A stretch of 64,000 nt of DNA from the human T2T-CHM13v2.0 reference genome, Homo sapiens (GCF_009914755.1 NC_060931.1), one strand, 5' to 3'; positions 1 through 18,000 are shown, numbered from the stretch's first letter. Program-made: numbers and translations. The notes: generated from the sequence alone by a model not told the origin.

Positions 1-210
<210 letters not shown>

Positions 211-1268
211 TGATCCACCTGCCTCGGCCTCCCAAAGTGTTTTTTTTTTTTTTAAGATGAAGTCTCACTCTGTCACCCAGGCTGGGGTACAGTGGCCAGA
301 TCACATCTCACTGCAGCCTTGACCTCCTTGGGCTCAAGCAGTCCTCCCGCCATGGTGTGTGCCAACGTGCCTGGCTAATTTTTGAATTTTTTTGTGGAGA
401 CAGGGTTTTGTCATGTTGCCCAGGCTGGTTTTGACCTGGGCTCCAGCCATCCTCTTGCCTTGACCTCGCGAAGTACTGGGATTACAGGTGGGAGCCACCA
501 TGCCAGGCTAATTTTTATTTTTTTTGTAGAGACAGGATCTTGCTATATTGCCTAAACTGGTTCCGAACTCCTGGGCTCCAGCAATCCTCCTGCCTCAGCC
601 TCCCAAAGTTGCTGGGATTCCAGGCGTGAGCCATGGTGTCTGGCTGATAGTCTGGGGTTTGATGGTGCCCTAAACAGCCTGAGCACCTCAAAGTGAGAAA
701 CATGCCTCTGCCTCTTTTCACTGACCCCTCAGCTCCTCTCACCAGCTTACATACTCAGGAAGCCACTACTGTGGCTAGGGGTAGATTGGCATCTAGGTGC
801 GGGGACGAGGGAGATGATGTATCAGGCCTACGGAAGGACTTGGCAAAGTTAGCTTGGCAAGATTAACTTGGCAGTTAGCTTCTCACAAAGCTCACTGAGT
901 GAGAAGAGGATGGAGAAGCGGACAAGAGTGAGAGAGAGGAGTCTCGAACTGTGTCTTTAACTGGCGGCAAGTTGGGAAGTCACTTCCCCTGTCTGGATCT
1001 CAGTTTCTGTATCTGTAAAATGGGTGAACAAACCATGAACGAAAATTGGATAAATATGACTATATCGAAGTGAAGAAGTTGGACCAGACTTGTTTTCATA
1101 TCAGAAGTACCCCAATTGTTCTACCAAAAATTACGAGTTTGCCAGGAGCAGTGGCTCACACCTGTAATCCAAAACACTTTGAGAGGCTGAGGTGGGAGGA
1201 TTGCTTGAGGCCAGGAGTTCAAGACCAGCCTGGGCGACAGAGTGAGATCTCATCTCAAAAATAAATAA

Positions 1269-1598
<330 letters not shown>

Positions 1599-1617
1599 TA
1601 ATTTTTTTAAATTATGA

Positions 1618-1947
<330 letters not shown>

Positions 1948-2264
1948 TAGTCTTAAACTCCTGACCTCAAGTGATCTGCCCACCTCGGCTTCCCAAAGTG
2001 CCAGGATTACAGGCGTAAGCCACTGTGCCTGGCCTATATTTATGTTTAATAATACTATAAATATCAGTCATATTGCTCATACATTTCTAAATTATACAAA
2101 TACCAAGTCCTGTGTAGGACAAAAAGTCCTGTGTAGATTACCTCTGGTCTCAACTGAAAATCATTGATCTTTGTGCTCTGAGGCTATGAGAGTGGAGGAG
2201 GAGGTAGAGAAAGAGGAGAAGAAGGGGAGGAAGGACAGCAGGGTAGAGATCAAGTGAGTATCTA

Positions 2265-2770
2265 GTCATCCGTCCAGCCATCCATTCATCTGTCCATCTA
2301 GTTATTTACCTATTAATTCATCTATACTCTAATAGTCAGTCTACCCACCCATCTGTCTGTTCATCTACCTGTCTATTCATTTACAATCTGTCCATTCACC
2401 TTACTATCCACCCATCTCTTCTTTCATCCACCCATCTCTTCTTCCATCCATCCATCCATCCATCCATCCATCCACCCATCTCTTCTTCCATCAGTCCATC
2501 TCTTCTATCTATCCATCCATCCATCTCTCTCCATCCACCCATCTCTTTTTCCATCAATCCATCTCTTCTATCTATCCATCCATCCATCATCCATCCATCT
2601 ATCTCTTTATCCACCCATCCATCCATCCCCCTCTCTATCTATCCATTTCTTCTTCCATCAGTCCATTCATCTACCAATATGTCTATCTGTCCATCCATCG
2701 TTCCATGTATACACCTACCTAACTTTCTATTCATCCAACCATCCACTCAAATACCCACCCATCTGCCCAC
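2265..2770. repeat. Degenerate (CCAT/TCCA)n low-complexity repeat
   Basis: Repeated ccat/tcca/catc units. Confidence 0.9.
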
Positions 2771-3713
2771 CCAGTACACATATTAACCGCCTGCTGATGT
2801 CATGCCCTCTGTTCAGGCAGAGGTGGGGAATGCTCAGATGCTTGCAACATGGCTCCTGCCTTTGTGCAGCTCAGTATGCAGAGTGAGGCATGCCCTCCAG
2901 CAACTAGAGGGGGCCAGTCCCAGTTCCTGGGACTGTGGAAGTTCAGTTAAGGGCGGCCGGACTTGCAGCCCAGGGGGTTAAGGAAGGCTCTCTAGAAGAA
3001 ACTGTGCTTGAGGGGGACCTCAAAAGACAAAGTGGAGGCCGGGCACCGTGGCTCACGCCTGCAATCCCAACACTTTGGGAGGCCAAAGTGGGAGGATCAC
3101 TTGAGGCCGGGAGTTTAAGACTAGCCTGGCCAATATGGTGAAACCCCATCTCTACTAAAAACACAAAAATTAGCCGGGTCCGGTGGTTTATGCCTGTAGT
3201 CCCACCTACTCAGGAGGCTGAGGCACAAGAATTGCTTGAACCTGGGAGGTGGAGGTTGTGGTGAGCCGAGATTGAGCCACTGCACTCCAGCCTGAGCGAC
3301 AGAGTGAGACTCTGTCTCAAAAAAAAAAAAAAAGACGAAGTGAGAATTAGTCACACAGAGAGGGCAGAAGGTATTCTGGGAGGGAAGAGCTGGAGAAACA
3401 AAGGCGGGGGCTGGGGAACCAGAGTAATGAGTCATTCAACTGACTGGGGTGCCAGCAGGGTGCCAGCAGCCTACATAGCTGCCATGTCCCCAGCTCCCTC
3501 GGAGCACAGGCAGCCACCCTGTGACTCCATGCTAGGCTTGGCTCCAGTGGGCACCGAGGTATCTGTATTTCTCAGAGAGTAGCCCATGGACAACTGCCAG
3601 GCTGGGGATTCTGTTATGAGTTTGCAACAAGATAAACACAAAAATTCAGAGTGTCTAGAAGCACTTATATCAATTAAAAAAAAATTTAGGTTGGGCACGG
3701 TGGCTCACGCCTA

Positions 3714-4010
<297 letters not shown>

Positions 4011-4173
4011 TTACATATTTCCTTCACTTCAATTTTTCTAGTAATTCATTTTCTGTTGTATTTTGCATACTCACAAGTCTATGTAGATTGAAAATAAAAA
4101 AGCAAAAAGGGGCCTTGTGCAGTGGCTCATGCCTGTAATCCCAGCACTTTGGCAGGCCGAGGCAAGAGGATCA

Positions 4174-4428
<255 letters not shown>

Positions 4429-5179
4429 TCAGTTTGAGAAGCACTGATACGCAAGACAGCTTACACTCATATGTCCTTTGCCAATGTGGCTTCATGGTCA
4501 TTATCTCATTATGAGCGAGACAGAGCAAGGACCATGGTCCCCATTGCCCCGTTGTATAGGATACCTGGCCCAAGGTATTCTTACTGATGGTAGATGGCAG
4601 GGCTGAGATTTGAACCCACAGCTGTTCCCCATCAGACAGCAACATCCTGTGAGCTCATGTTCCAGGCTAGGCTGAGCTGGGGTGTGGGACAGGGAGGACA
4701 CAGGAGAGGAAGAGAGAAGTACCTGGAAAAAGAATGTCAGGCAGGGTGAGAGGTCGGGTCCGGGGCCTGCCCTTTATGCTAAGGGCACTGATGGAGGTCA
4801 GTGGGGGATTCCCAAATGGCCCTAGAAGGACCAGGCAAGTCCTCTGGGCTCTCTGTTGGGGAACACGCAGTGGCACCACTGCCAGGCTCAGCCTGTCTCA
4901 ATCCTTCTCTATGTTCTTCCTACCTCTTTTCCTTTGGCCTCCCCCATTAACCAAGCCCTGAGCTCCCCATGGCCAGGGTCTGGTCTTGTCCCATCCATCT
5001 GTACACCCAAAGCTGGCCCAAAGTTCAACCAACAAAACCACCAGTCTCTGCCTGGCCCTTGGCAGGAACCATAGCACCCTCGGACACCATTTTCTCCTCC
5101 TGTCCCTGAGGGAGACTAGATGAACAGGGATTTTGATCACTCCATGCTACTGATGAGGGAACAGGCTCAGAGAAATTAA

Positions 5180-5435
<256 letters not shown>

Positions 5436-5506
5436 TGATCTGCCCACCTTGGCCTCCCAAAGTGCTGGGATTACAGGTGTGAGCCACCACACCTGGCCTC
5501 AACTAA

Positions 5507-5758
<252 letters not shown>

Positions 5759-6693
5759 TGAACTCCTGACCTCAGGTGATCCACCCACCTCGGCCTTCTG
5801 GGATTTCGGGCATGAGCCACCATGCTGGGGCTCATTTAAGTCTTTCATTCCCAACCCAGTACTTTTTGACTAGAGGTTAAATTAAGTAGAGAGGAGAAAA
5901 AAAATAGTAGAGAGGAGAAAAAAAAATAGTAGAGAGGAGAGGGAAGACTTTCCCTTAGTGCTCTGGGCTGCAGCCTGTGGTGAGGCTGAGGATGAGTGGA
6001 CGGTGGGGAGGAAGAACTCGGTGGCACAATGTTATTTGCTCAGAAACTTCCCCTTCTGTACCACTTTGGCTGCTTCCGGGGGAGGCTTAAAACCCCATCC
6101 CAGGCCAGGAAGAAACAGAAATGCCAGGAGGGGCCAATAGGCCATTTTCCTAATCTGTGGATGATAAGTAACATGGGACTGTATTTTGGAAAAATCTATT
6201 AAACAAAAAATGTAGGTACTCTTTGACCCATCAAATTTACTTCTAGGAATTTGTGCTATAAAATATTTCCAGGAGTGTGCAAAGATGAACAAAGATATTC
6301 CTCACAGCACTGTTTATAATAGTGAAAAGCAGCATGGTTGGATACATTTTGATAAATCCCTATAGGGAAATACTATGCAGGTGTTAACAGAACCTCATCT
6401 GTGAAATGGAGATAGCTGGATGTGGTGGCTTGAACCAGTAATCCCAGCTACTCAGGAGGCTGAGGCAGGAGGATCGTCTGAGCTCAGGAGTTCAAAACCA
6501 GCCTGGGCAACATAATGAGACCCTATCTTTAAAAAAAAAAATGGAGATAATAATCTCATAATTTTTATGAGGATGAAGTGAATTAATACCTGCAAAGTGC
6601 TTAGATAGTAAATGCCAGCTCTCATTATTATTATAGGTGTAGGAATAGGAAAAGATAACTAAGATGCAATGCTAATTTAAAAAGAAAGTTATG

Positions 6694-7155
<462 letters not shown>

Positions 7156-7158
7156 TTA

Positions 7159-7882
<724 letters not shown>

Positions 7883-7923
7883 CTAGCTTGTCTGCCACTC
7901 ACAATCTCATTCTGAGGGGCCTA

Positions 7924-8061
<138 letters not shown>

Positions 8062-8444
8062 TTAGCCAGGTGTAGTGGCGAGTGCCTTAGTCCCAGCTAC
8101 CAGGGAGACTAAGGCAGGAGGATTGCTTGAGCTGGGGAGGGTGAGGCTGCAGTGAGCCTTGATTAAAAAACAAAACAAAACCCTATAAGGGACTTTCCTC
8201 TTTCCCCAGGAGGTTGGCTCACTGGGGACCCATGGATCACCTCAGGCAAGACATTTGTCCTCCCTGGGCCTCAGTTGCCCTCCCTGTAACATGGGAGGAA
8301 TTCACCTAGCCTCTTGGGTATGTTGTGAAGAGCCAGGGGAGGATCATGTGCTACCAGCATCATAGCAGTGCAGGGCACAAAGGTGAACCTGGAGGTGGTG
8401 TTTCACCAAGATGAGCCACTGTGCCAATGGTCTGTCTGTAAAAA

Positions 8445-10006
<1,562 letters not shown>

Positions 10007-10187
10007 AGCCAGGGATGCCAGTGGGCTGCCTGGCCCTGTGTATTTGCTATTGAGTCTCATCCATCAATCTGCTCAACCAGCCCGTTGCTCAGGGCTGAGG
10101 GTCCCTATTGTACACAGCACATCAAGGCTCAGAGACATGTTTATTTGATTCTCTCATGTAGTGAGATATGTTACAAAGATTAGGACA

Positions 10188-10604
<417 letters not shown>

Positions 10605-13600
10605 TCATGTGTCAGGTAAATCCACCCAAGACTGAGCTAATCAGCAGGTACTAGGACAGAGGGGACAGCTGGCACATAGTAGACACTTTATTTTATTTTT
10701 TGGAGGCAAGGTGTTGCTCTTTTGCTTAGACTTCAGTGCAGCGGCACCACCATGGCTCACTGCAACTTTGAACTCCTGGCTCAAGTGATCCTCCCGCCTC
10801 AGCCTCCCAAGTAGCTGGGACTACAGGTGTGCATCACCACCCCTGGCTAATTTTTAAAAATTTTTATATAGATGGGGGGTCTCACTATGTTGCCCAGGCT
10901 GGTCTCAAAGTCCTGGGCTCAAGCAATCCTTCTGCCTCAGCCTCCTGAGTGGCTGGGACTATAAGCTTGTGCCACCATGCTTGGCTAATTTTTTTGTAGA
11001 GACAGGGTCTCACTAGGCTGCCCAGACTGGTCCCAAACTTCTGGTCTCAAGCAATCCTCCTGCCTTGGCCTCCCAAAGCTCTGATATTACAGGTGTGAGC
11101 CACTGCACCTGGCTGAGGACTGGTTTTGTCTTTTTTTTTTTTGAAGCTGAGTTTAGCTCTTTCTCCCAGGCTGGAGTGAAGTGGCTTGATCTCGGCTCAC
11201 TGCAACCTCCACCCCCAGGCTTCAAGTGATTCTCCTGCCTTAGGACCTCCCAAGTAGCTGGGATTACAGGTGCCCGCCAACATGCCCGGCTAATTTTTGT
11301 ATTTTTAGTAGAGACAGGGTTTTGCCATGTTGGCCAGGCTGGTCTTGAACTCCTGACCTCAGACGATCCACCCGTCTCAGCCTCCCAAAGTGTTAAAATT
11401 GCAGACACGAGCCACTGTGCCTTGCCGGTTTTCTCATCTTTAAAATGGCTATGACTATGTGATGTTATTGTGCAGTTGTTGCAAAGATGAAATGAAATAT
11501 GTAAGTGAGAGCCAGTGGTACCTGGTAAATGTGGGTTTTCTTCTTCTGTCCCTCTTTTCCTCCCCCCAGCCCGCCCTTTCTTCTTTCCTTCCTTCCTGGT
11601 CGACACCTCTGATTACAATGTCAGAGAACCAGGAGCTGTAGGACAAAGAAGATAGGGCGACAATCTCCTCCAGGGGACTCAGGGATGGAAAACGCTTCTC
11701 AGACTGTTGCAGCAGGTGACAGTCATCTGCTCTGCCCAGAATCTCCTGGCCTCTCCCCTGCTGGATAACTGGCCCCATGCCGGCCCCATCAGGGCATCAG
11801 GCCCCTGGACTGAGATAGAAAGTGGATCCCAGGAAGCATATCTCTCGCCCAAAGTCACACTGCTAATGGGGCTGAATATGGGACAAGAACTTTTGTGACT
11901 ACCCAAGCCAGCTAGCAGGGGGTGGCCTGGGATTCTGGGTAGAGCATTTTTTTTTTTTTAAGAGAGGGGTTCTTGCTCTGTTGCCCAGGCTGGAATGCAG
12001 TGGTGACATCATAGCTCACTGCAGCCTCAAACTCCTGGTCTCAAGTGATCGTCCTGTGTCAGCCTCCTGAGTAGCTATGACTATATGCCTGTGCCACCAC
12101 ACCTGGCTAATTTTTTAATTTGTTGCAGAGACACAGATCTTTCTATGCTGTCCAGGCTGGTCTTGAACTCCTGGCCTCAAGCAACCCTCCCACTTTGGCC
12201 TCCCAAAGTGTTGAGATTACAGGCTTGAGCCACTGCCTCTGGCCCTAGGGCAGTAGTTGTCTGTCTCTTATTTATCAGTGCCAGGACCTACCCTGGGAAT
12301 ATTCTGTTCACTCTTCCCTTGTTGGGGGCCCCCTTCTCCAAGGTCAGCTTAGCTAACTTCAAAGAGGAGAGACAGAGCCACCTTGCCCCTAAGTTTCAGG
12401 AGTGAGAAAGATGGGTGGGGAGGGGGTGGAGGTGGGTGAGGTGGGCGCAGGACACATGGACACCCATGAGCTGACCTGGGAGGTTGGGGGTCAGCCAATG
12501 TAATCCCCTCTTGTGTGTTTCTCCCTGAATGCAGAGAATGCACCACCCATGTTGCTTCCAGACCTCCTCCCAGCTCTGCTCAACAGTCCAGGCGAGCCCA
12601 TTTAACCCCAGGTTACAGGTGTGCAGAGTGAAGCCCGGAGGAGGACAGGGCTTGCCAAGGTCACTGACAGTAGTGGGAACAGAAACCAGGGCTTTGGAGC
12701 CAAGATGCTTGGGTTTGAATATCAGCTTTGCCGTTCCCAGGCTGTGTGACCTTGAGCCAGAGCCTTGACCTCTCTGAGCCTGTTTCCTCATCTGTAAAAT
12801 GGAGATCTTTTCCTTCTCTGGTTATCAGGAAGAAGGAAACAGTGCCAGAAAAGCTTGTGCAGTGCCTGGCTTGCAGTAAATGCATAGCAAACCCCAGTTC
12901 CTCTTCCTCTTCTCCTATCTGAACAGCAATCCTAAGCCTGCACGTCCCCTCTCTCTTCCCTCCTCTGCCCCACATCTGTAGCCAAAACTTTTTCTTTGGC
13001 CCTAACCAGAGAGTGAGGACTGCACTAATGATGGCCTCTCCCAGCCCCTGACAAACCCAACACATGTCTAAGCTTGCATTTAGCCACCACAGGGCTGGCA
13101 GCAGGGCCAAAGACAGCCCCGGGGAGGGTACCCAGGGAGGGCCATTGCCTGAAGGCACTAGAGACTCTGGGCAAGTGTGGCTGCAGGAGCCTCGGAGACA
13201 TGACCTCTCCCACTTCCACGCTTCCAGTCCACTCTTCCATCCCACTCTACAGCCTGCAGAAGCTCATATGCCAGCCCTCCACTTCAGCTGACAAACATCA
13301 TCTCCACCAGTGCCACCCCTATATCGGCCAGAGGATTTCAATCACAGGATTCCAAGACACCAGGCGGATGCTTCCTGGACCCTGGCTCTGAGCTGCCCTC
13401 CCATGTGGTCCCCAGGCTGAGTCCCAACCCCAGCCTGAGCCCCAACCCTGATTCTAAACTGAGCCCTGGCCTGGCTCAGCCAGCAGACTGTGTCCTTAGG
13501 GGGCAATTAGGGAGAAGTGAGATGGGTCATCTTCTCAAGATGGGGAAACTCCTGGCTACTACAGCTCAGACCTCTTCTGGTATTACAGAATCTTCCTCCT

Positions 13601-14549
13601 CTCCCAGAAGCTACCCTAGGCTGAGGAGCTGAGCTTCCCTGGGGCGGACCTGAGATTCCCAGACCTGTATTCTGAGACTTCTCCTGCATCTGAGGGCCTG
13701 GGCAGGACATGGGGCAGGGGAGTTGCTGAGTGTAAGATAAGTTCTTGGGCAAAGTGGGGACCAGCTCAGCTCTCATAGATCCCTGGTCCCCCTGACTTCC
13801 TGACTCAGCTGACCCTGTAACACCATCCCCCTTGTGAAGGCCCAGAGGGACTTGGTTGGAGTGGGCCACACTGTCCCCCAAAGCAACCTGGTGTTCCGTT
13901 TTACTCTGTCCCCATCTCCACACGAGTGGCCCAGGAACAGTAAACCTTCCCATGTCACGGAGGGAGAGCCAGGCCCAGAGACGGAAAGTCGTGCGCCCAA
14001 GGTCACACAGTCAGACACAGACAAGAACCCAAAGCTCCCAAACCCAGCCCAGAGGTGGGGGCAGGGTGGCTGGGAGGAAGCCCTGGCTTTCCCCCCTGGG
14101 CAGAGCAGCAGGAGTGCCGGCCACCACTTCTGTGGCCCCCACCTGTTGGCTAGAAGCCTAGGGGCCAGAATCCACATACCCCACCCTGCCATCTCCCTTC
14201 TTTCTGTCCCAGCCAGGGGCAGTTTTGGTCCTCCTCATCCCAGGGCCCACCTGGACAGGGTTTCTCCACTGGCATGTCACCTGCCCAGGGCAGGGAGAGC
14301 CAGAGGGAGGAAGGCCCTCCCTCCTGACTCCCTGGGCCCCCTCTCAGCTCCTGGGAGAACCTCCCAGACCAGGATGGAAGCCCCGCCCAGTCCAGCCAGT
14401 GGGAGACACGGGGCTTCCAGGACCCGTGTGCACTTCACCTTCTAGCAGGATGAATTCTTGGATTCCTGATCCGGAGTCCTCCCTGGGGTACGAGTTTGCC
14501 TCCTTCCTCCTGGCAGCTGAGGCTGAGCGAGGAGGCCACATAAGCCTAT

Positions 14550-15240
14550 GAACCCCTTCAACCCAGCTGAGCCAGAGACGCGCGCCTCTATGGGCAGAGG
14601 GGAAACTGAGGCCCAGCACAGAGGCGGATCCAATTCCCCTTGGGTGAGGCCCCTGCACCCACCTGATGACGCGGGGGCTCCACGCCCTCACCTGGAATCC
14701 GCTCGACCTGCAGAGGGGCGCGGCGCGGCCAGGGGCGGGCGGCGGGCGGCGGGGGCGCTGCGGGGATGCTTGGGACCGCCCGACCGCGCCCGGCGCCTTC
14801 TCCGCGCGGGCGGCAGAGGGCTCCGTGCGCTGCGCCGCGGGCCCGGCTTTTAGCAGCGGGTGTGGACGCGGGCACCCCCGCCCCGCTCCGAGGTGTCCTT
14901 TGCCCCTTGATCTGGTGCCTCCTTCTCTCCTTAGCACGTGGGCGGCAGCCGCTCAGCCGCTCAGAGGCCTGTGGGGCAGCCATGGCCCGGGCCCTGGGCT
15001 CGGGCGCCTGCCAATCCCCGTCTGCCGCCGGCTCGTGCCCGCTCACCTTTAACCCCCTCTACTTTCCCCGGGGGCTCGGTGCCCGGCCCCCAGCCGCGGG
15101 CTGGGCTCGGGGAGGGAGGAGCCGCAGGTGTGGGGCCACCCCAGGTGGGCAGAGAAAGACGCTGGGACCGCCTCGGGCTCCTCCCAGAGCCCCAGCCCGG
15201 CTTTGAACCTCCTCCTAGTCCCTGAGTCCCCCCAGCACTC
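14550..15240 (-). promoter_or_regulatory. MLXIPL: CpG island / ChREBP-beta promoter with E-box, DR1 elements and CCAAT
   Basis: CACGTG 14935-14940; DR1-like GGGGCA-A-AGGACA (-, 14894-14906) and GGGTTA-A-AGGTGA (-, 15043-15055); CCAAT 15011-15015; GC boxes. Confidence 0.75.
14663..14825 (-). other. MLXIPL: Non-coding alternative first exon 1b of MLXIPL (ChREBP-beta); 5' end approximate
   Basis: AUG-free minus-strand segment in a CpG island ending at CAG|GTGGGT (14663/14662), with a second donor CAG|GTGAGG at 14692/14691. TATA-like CTAAAAG (-) at 14847-14853. Position fits known synteny (MLXIPL on the minus strand upstream of VPS37D). 14686-14703 (- strand AGCGGATTCCAGGTGAGG) matches, from memory, a commonly used human ChREBP-beta qPCR primer. 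Confidence 0.75.
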
Positions 15241-16270
15241 TCTCTCACTCTCATCCCTCACTCTTACTCTCTTCTCTCCCCGCTTTCTCTCTTTCTCTCT
15301 CTCCCCCTCCCTTTCCTCTCCCTCTCTCTTCTCTCCTCCAGGCTCCTCTCTCCCTCTCCCCTCACTTTCTCTCTACCCCCTCTTCTCTCTCCCCCTTCTC
15401 TCATCTCTCTCATTCTCCCCCTTCCTCTCTTTCCCTCTCTCTCTCCTCTCTCTCTGTCTCTCACTCTGTCTCTCTCCTCTATCTCTCTCACTTTCTCTTT
15501 CTCTCTCTATTCCCCTCCTTTTTCACTCTCCCCCCTCTCTCCTCTCTCTCTCTCATTCTCCCCCTCCTCTTTCTTTCTCTCTCTCTCTCACACTGTCTCT
15601 CTGTCCCTTGTCTCTCCCTGCCCCGTCTCTCTCCCTCTGTCTTCTCTCTTTCCCTCTGACCCTGGCTCTCCTCTCTCTCTCCCACCCTCCTCTCTCTCTC
15701 CTTTACTTTCTCTCTATCCCCTCCTCTCTCTCTCCTTTCTCTTCTCTTTTTCTCTCTCCCTCTCTCCCCCCTCTCTCTCTCATTCTCCTCCCTCTCTTTC
15801 CATCTCTCTCCTCTCTCTGTCTCTCACTCTGTCTCTCTCCCTCTCTCTCCTCTCTCTCTCACTTTCTGACTTTCTCTCTCTCCCCCCTCCTCTCTTTCTC
15901 CCCCCTCTCTCTTTCTCTCTCATTCTCCCCCCTTTCCCTCTCTCTCCTCTCTCTCTCACTCTGTCTCTCTCCCTCTCTCTCTCCTCTCTCTCTCTCACTT
16001 TCTCTCTGTCTCTACCCCCTCCTCTTTCTCTCTCTCCCTCTCTCTCCTCTCTCTCTCTCTCATTCTCCCCCCTTGCCTTTCTCTCTTTCCCTCTCTCACT
16101 CCCTCTCCCCCTTCTCTCTCCCTTTCTCTTCTCTCTTTCCTTCTCTCTGTCTCTCACTCTGTCTCTCCCCCTCCTTTCCCCCCCTCTCTCTTCCTCTCCT
16201 CTCCCTCTCTGTCTCTCCCTCTGTCTCTGTCTCTCTCTCTCTCTCACTGTCTATCTCCTGTCTCTCTCTC
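15238..16270. repeat. ~1 kb CT-rich polypyrimidine/polypurine tract with degenerate internal repeats
   Basis: Almost exclusively C/T on the + strand; recurring blocks ctctctgtctctcactctgtctct and ctcattctccccc. Confidence 0.95.
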
Positions 16271-17117
16271 ATCTGGCTCACTGAGCCCCATTCATTCCCT
16301 CTTTGACCAGCTTCATCCCATGCTCCCTCTGAGTCCCCCCTCAAGCCCCCACCCTCCCTGCCCTTGACATCACATCCCCTCCCTAAACCCCACTCCCCTC
16401 CCTGAGCCCCCATTCCTCACCCCTCCCTGAGGCCCTTCCTGCCTTCCGGGGCCCACTGACTTCCCCTCTCTTGCTCTTAGTGCTGTGTCCTCTCAACTCT
16501 TTTTTTTTAAGCAATGGGTTCTCACTATGTTGCCCACGTTGGTCTCTATCTCCTGGTCTTAAGCAATCCTCCCACCTCGACCTCCCAAAGTGCTGGGATT
16601 ACAGGTGCAAGCCACTGGGCCTGGCCCAGACTCTTACATTTACTCCACAAACATCCTTAAACACCCTTGGCGTAGCAGCCCAGTGAGAGAGCGGGATAGG
16701 CCAGCGGTGGTATCAGTTTCAAAGTCCAGGATGGATGCCTCCAAGTCCTCAGAGGTCCTGTGGAGTAGGCACCACCTGGGAAGGGGGCATTCAGGACCTC
16801 AGCTTGCCTGCCAGCTTCAAGGGGCCGTGTGGGGTAGAAGGAAGGATCCCCCTGGCCACCGCTCGGCCAGGAGCGGGCAGTGTGGGATGGAAAGAAGAAA
16901 GGGCTTTCACAGCCACCCTACCCAGCAATGAGGCAGCTTCCTCCCAGCCCCACGGGCTTCCTTCCTTCTACGGCTAGCGGGGGGCAGCAGAGGCAGAAGG
17001 GATCCTGCCAATAATGCCCCTCAGAGTCCCCTGGTGATGGCAGGAGGTAGAGCGCAGGGGGAAGGCCGGGGGCATGCCGGAGGATGAGGCTGAGCCCGAG
17101 CCCAGAAGAGACCCTGA

Positions 17118-17318
<201 letters not shown>

Positions 17319-17697
17319 TAGTAAAGATGGGGTTTTGCCATGTTGGCCAGGCTGGTCTCAAACTCCTGGCCTCAAGTGATCTGCCTGCCTCGGCCTCCCA
17401 AAGTGCTGGGATTACAGGTGTGAGCCACTGCGCCCAGCCCCACACCCCATTTGGAATTCACTCTGCCTGAGGGTGGGCGGTGGTGGTGGAAGGGTGCATC
17501 TTGAGAAGGAAGCAGATGAAGACACCTCCTGCTTCTTCCACCTGCCTCATACGTCCTGGTGGGTCAGCTTGGCCTTCTCTGCCCACTGTTTCCTGTCTTG
17601 CATGAGTTTCTTGTCACGTGACCTCCTACTAGTAGGCTTCAGTCTGCTACCTTGGACAGACACCTGTTCATGGCCAGCGCCAGGACCCAGAGTCAGC

Positions 17698-17719
17698 GTG
17701 TGTGTGTGTGTGTGTGTGT
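17698..17719. repeat. (TG)n microsatellite
   Basis: About 11 GT units. Confidence 0.9.
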
Positions 17720-17816
17720 AAAGGAAGTGGGGCTTGAGCCACCACCACATTGACTGGCTCTGCAACTGGGCATGATACTGATACTCCATCTCCCAGGGCC
17801 TCAGTTTCCCCATACA

Positions 17817-18000
17817 TAGGGTTGGTGGATTTAGCAAATACAAATCCAGGATGCCCCATTAAATTTGAATTTCAGATACACAATGGCTTTTTTTAGTATA
17901 AGTATGTCTCATGCCATATTTGTGGCATACTTATACTAAGAGATTATTCATAATGCTTATCTAAAACTCAAATTTAACTGGGCATCCTGGGTTGACCCTA
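17817..18000. mobile_element. MER53-like palindromic hAT MITE inserted in a MIR-like fragment
   Basis: TAGGGTT...ACCCTA termini; imperfect 8-bp TSD cccataca/cccatatg; internal perfect inverted arms ttagtataagtatg / catacttatactaa (17893-17939). Confidence 0.8.

Noticed and set aside
2396-2626. 76-aa MDGW-repeat ORF
   Set aside because: Translation of the (CCAT)n repeat
5886-5940. Three copies of agtagagaggagaaaaaaaat
   Set aside because: Simple slippage repeat with no further functional signal
13773-15261. Several 100-200 aa ORFs over and beside the 14.5-15.2 kb CpG island
   Set aside because: Low-complexity Pro/Arg/Gly/Ala composition, mostly non-ATG starts; better explained as a promoter and non-coding exon
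15128-16306. 392-aa Leu/Ser/Pro ORF and antisense Arg/Glu ORFs
   Set aside because: Pure translation of the CT tract, which cannot form stop codons; no domain or splice support
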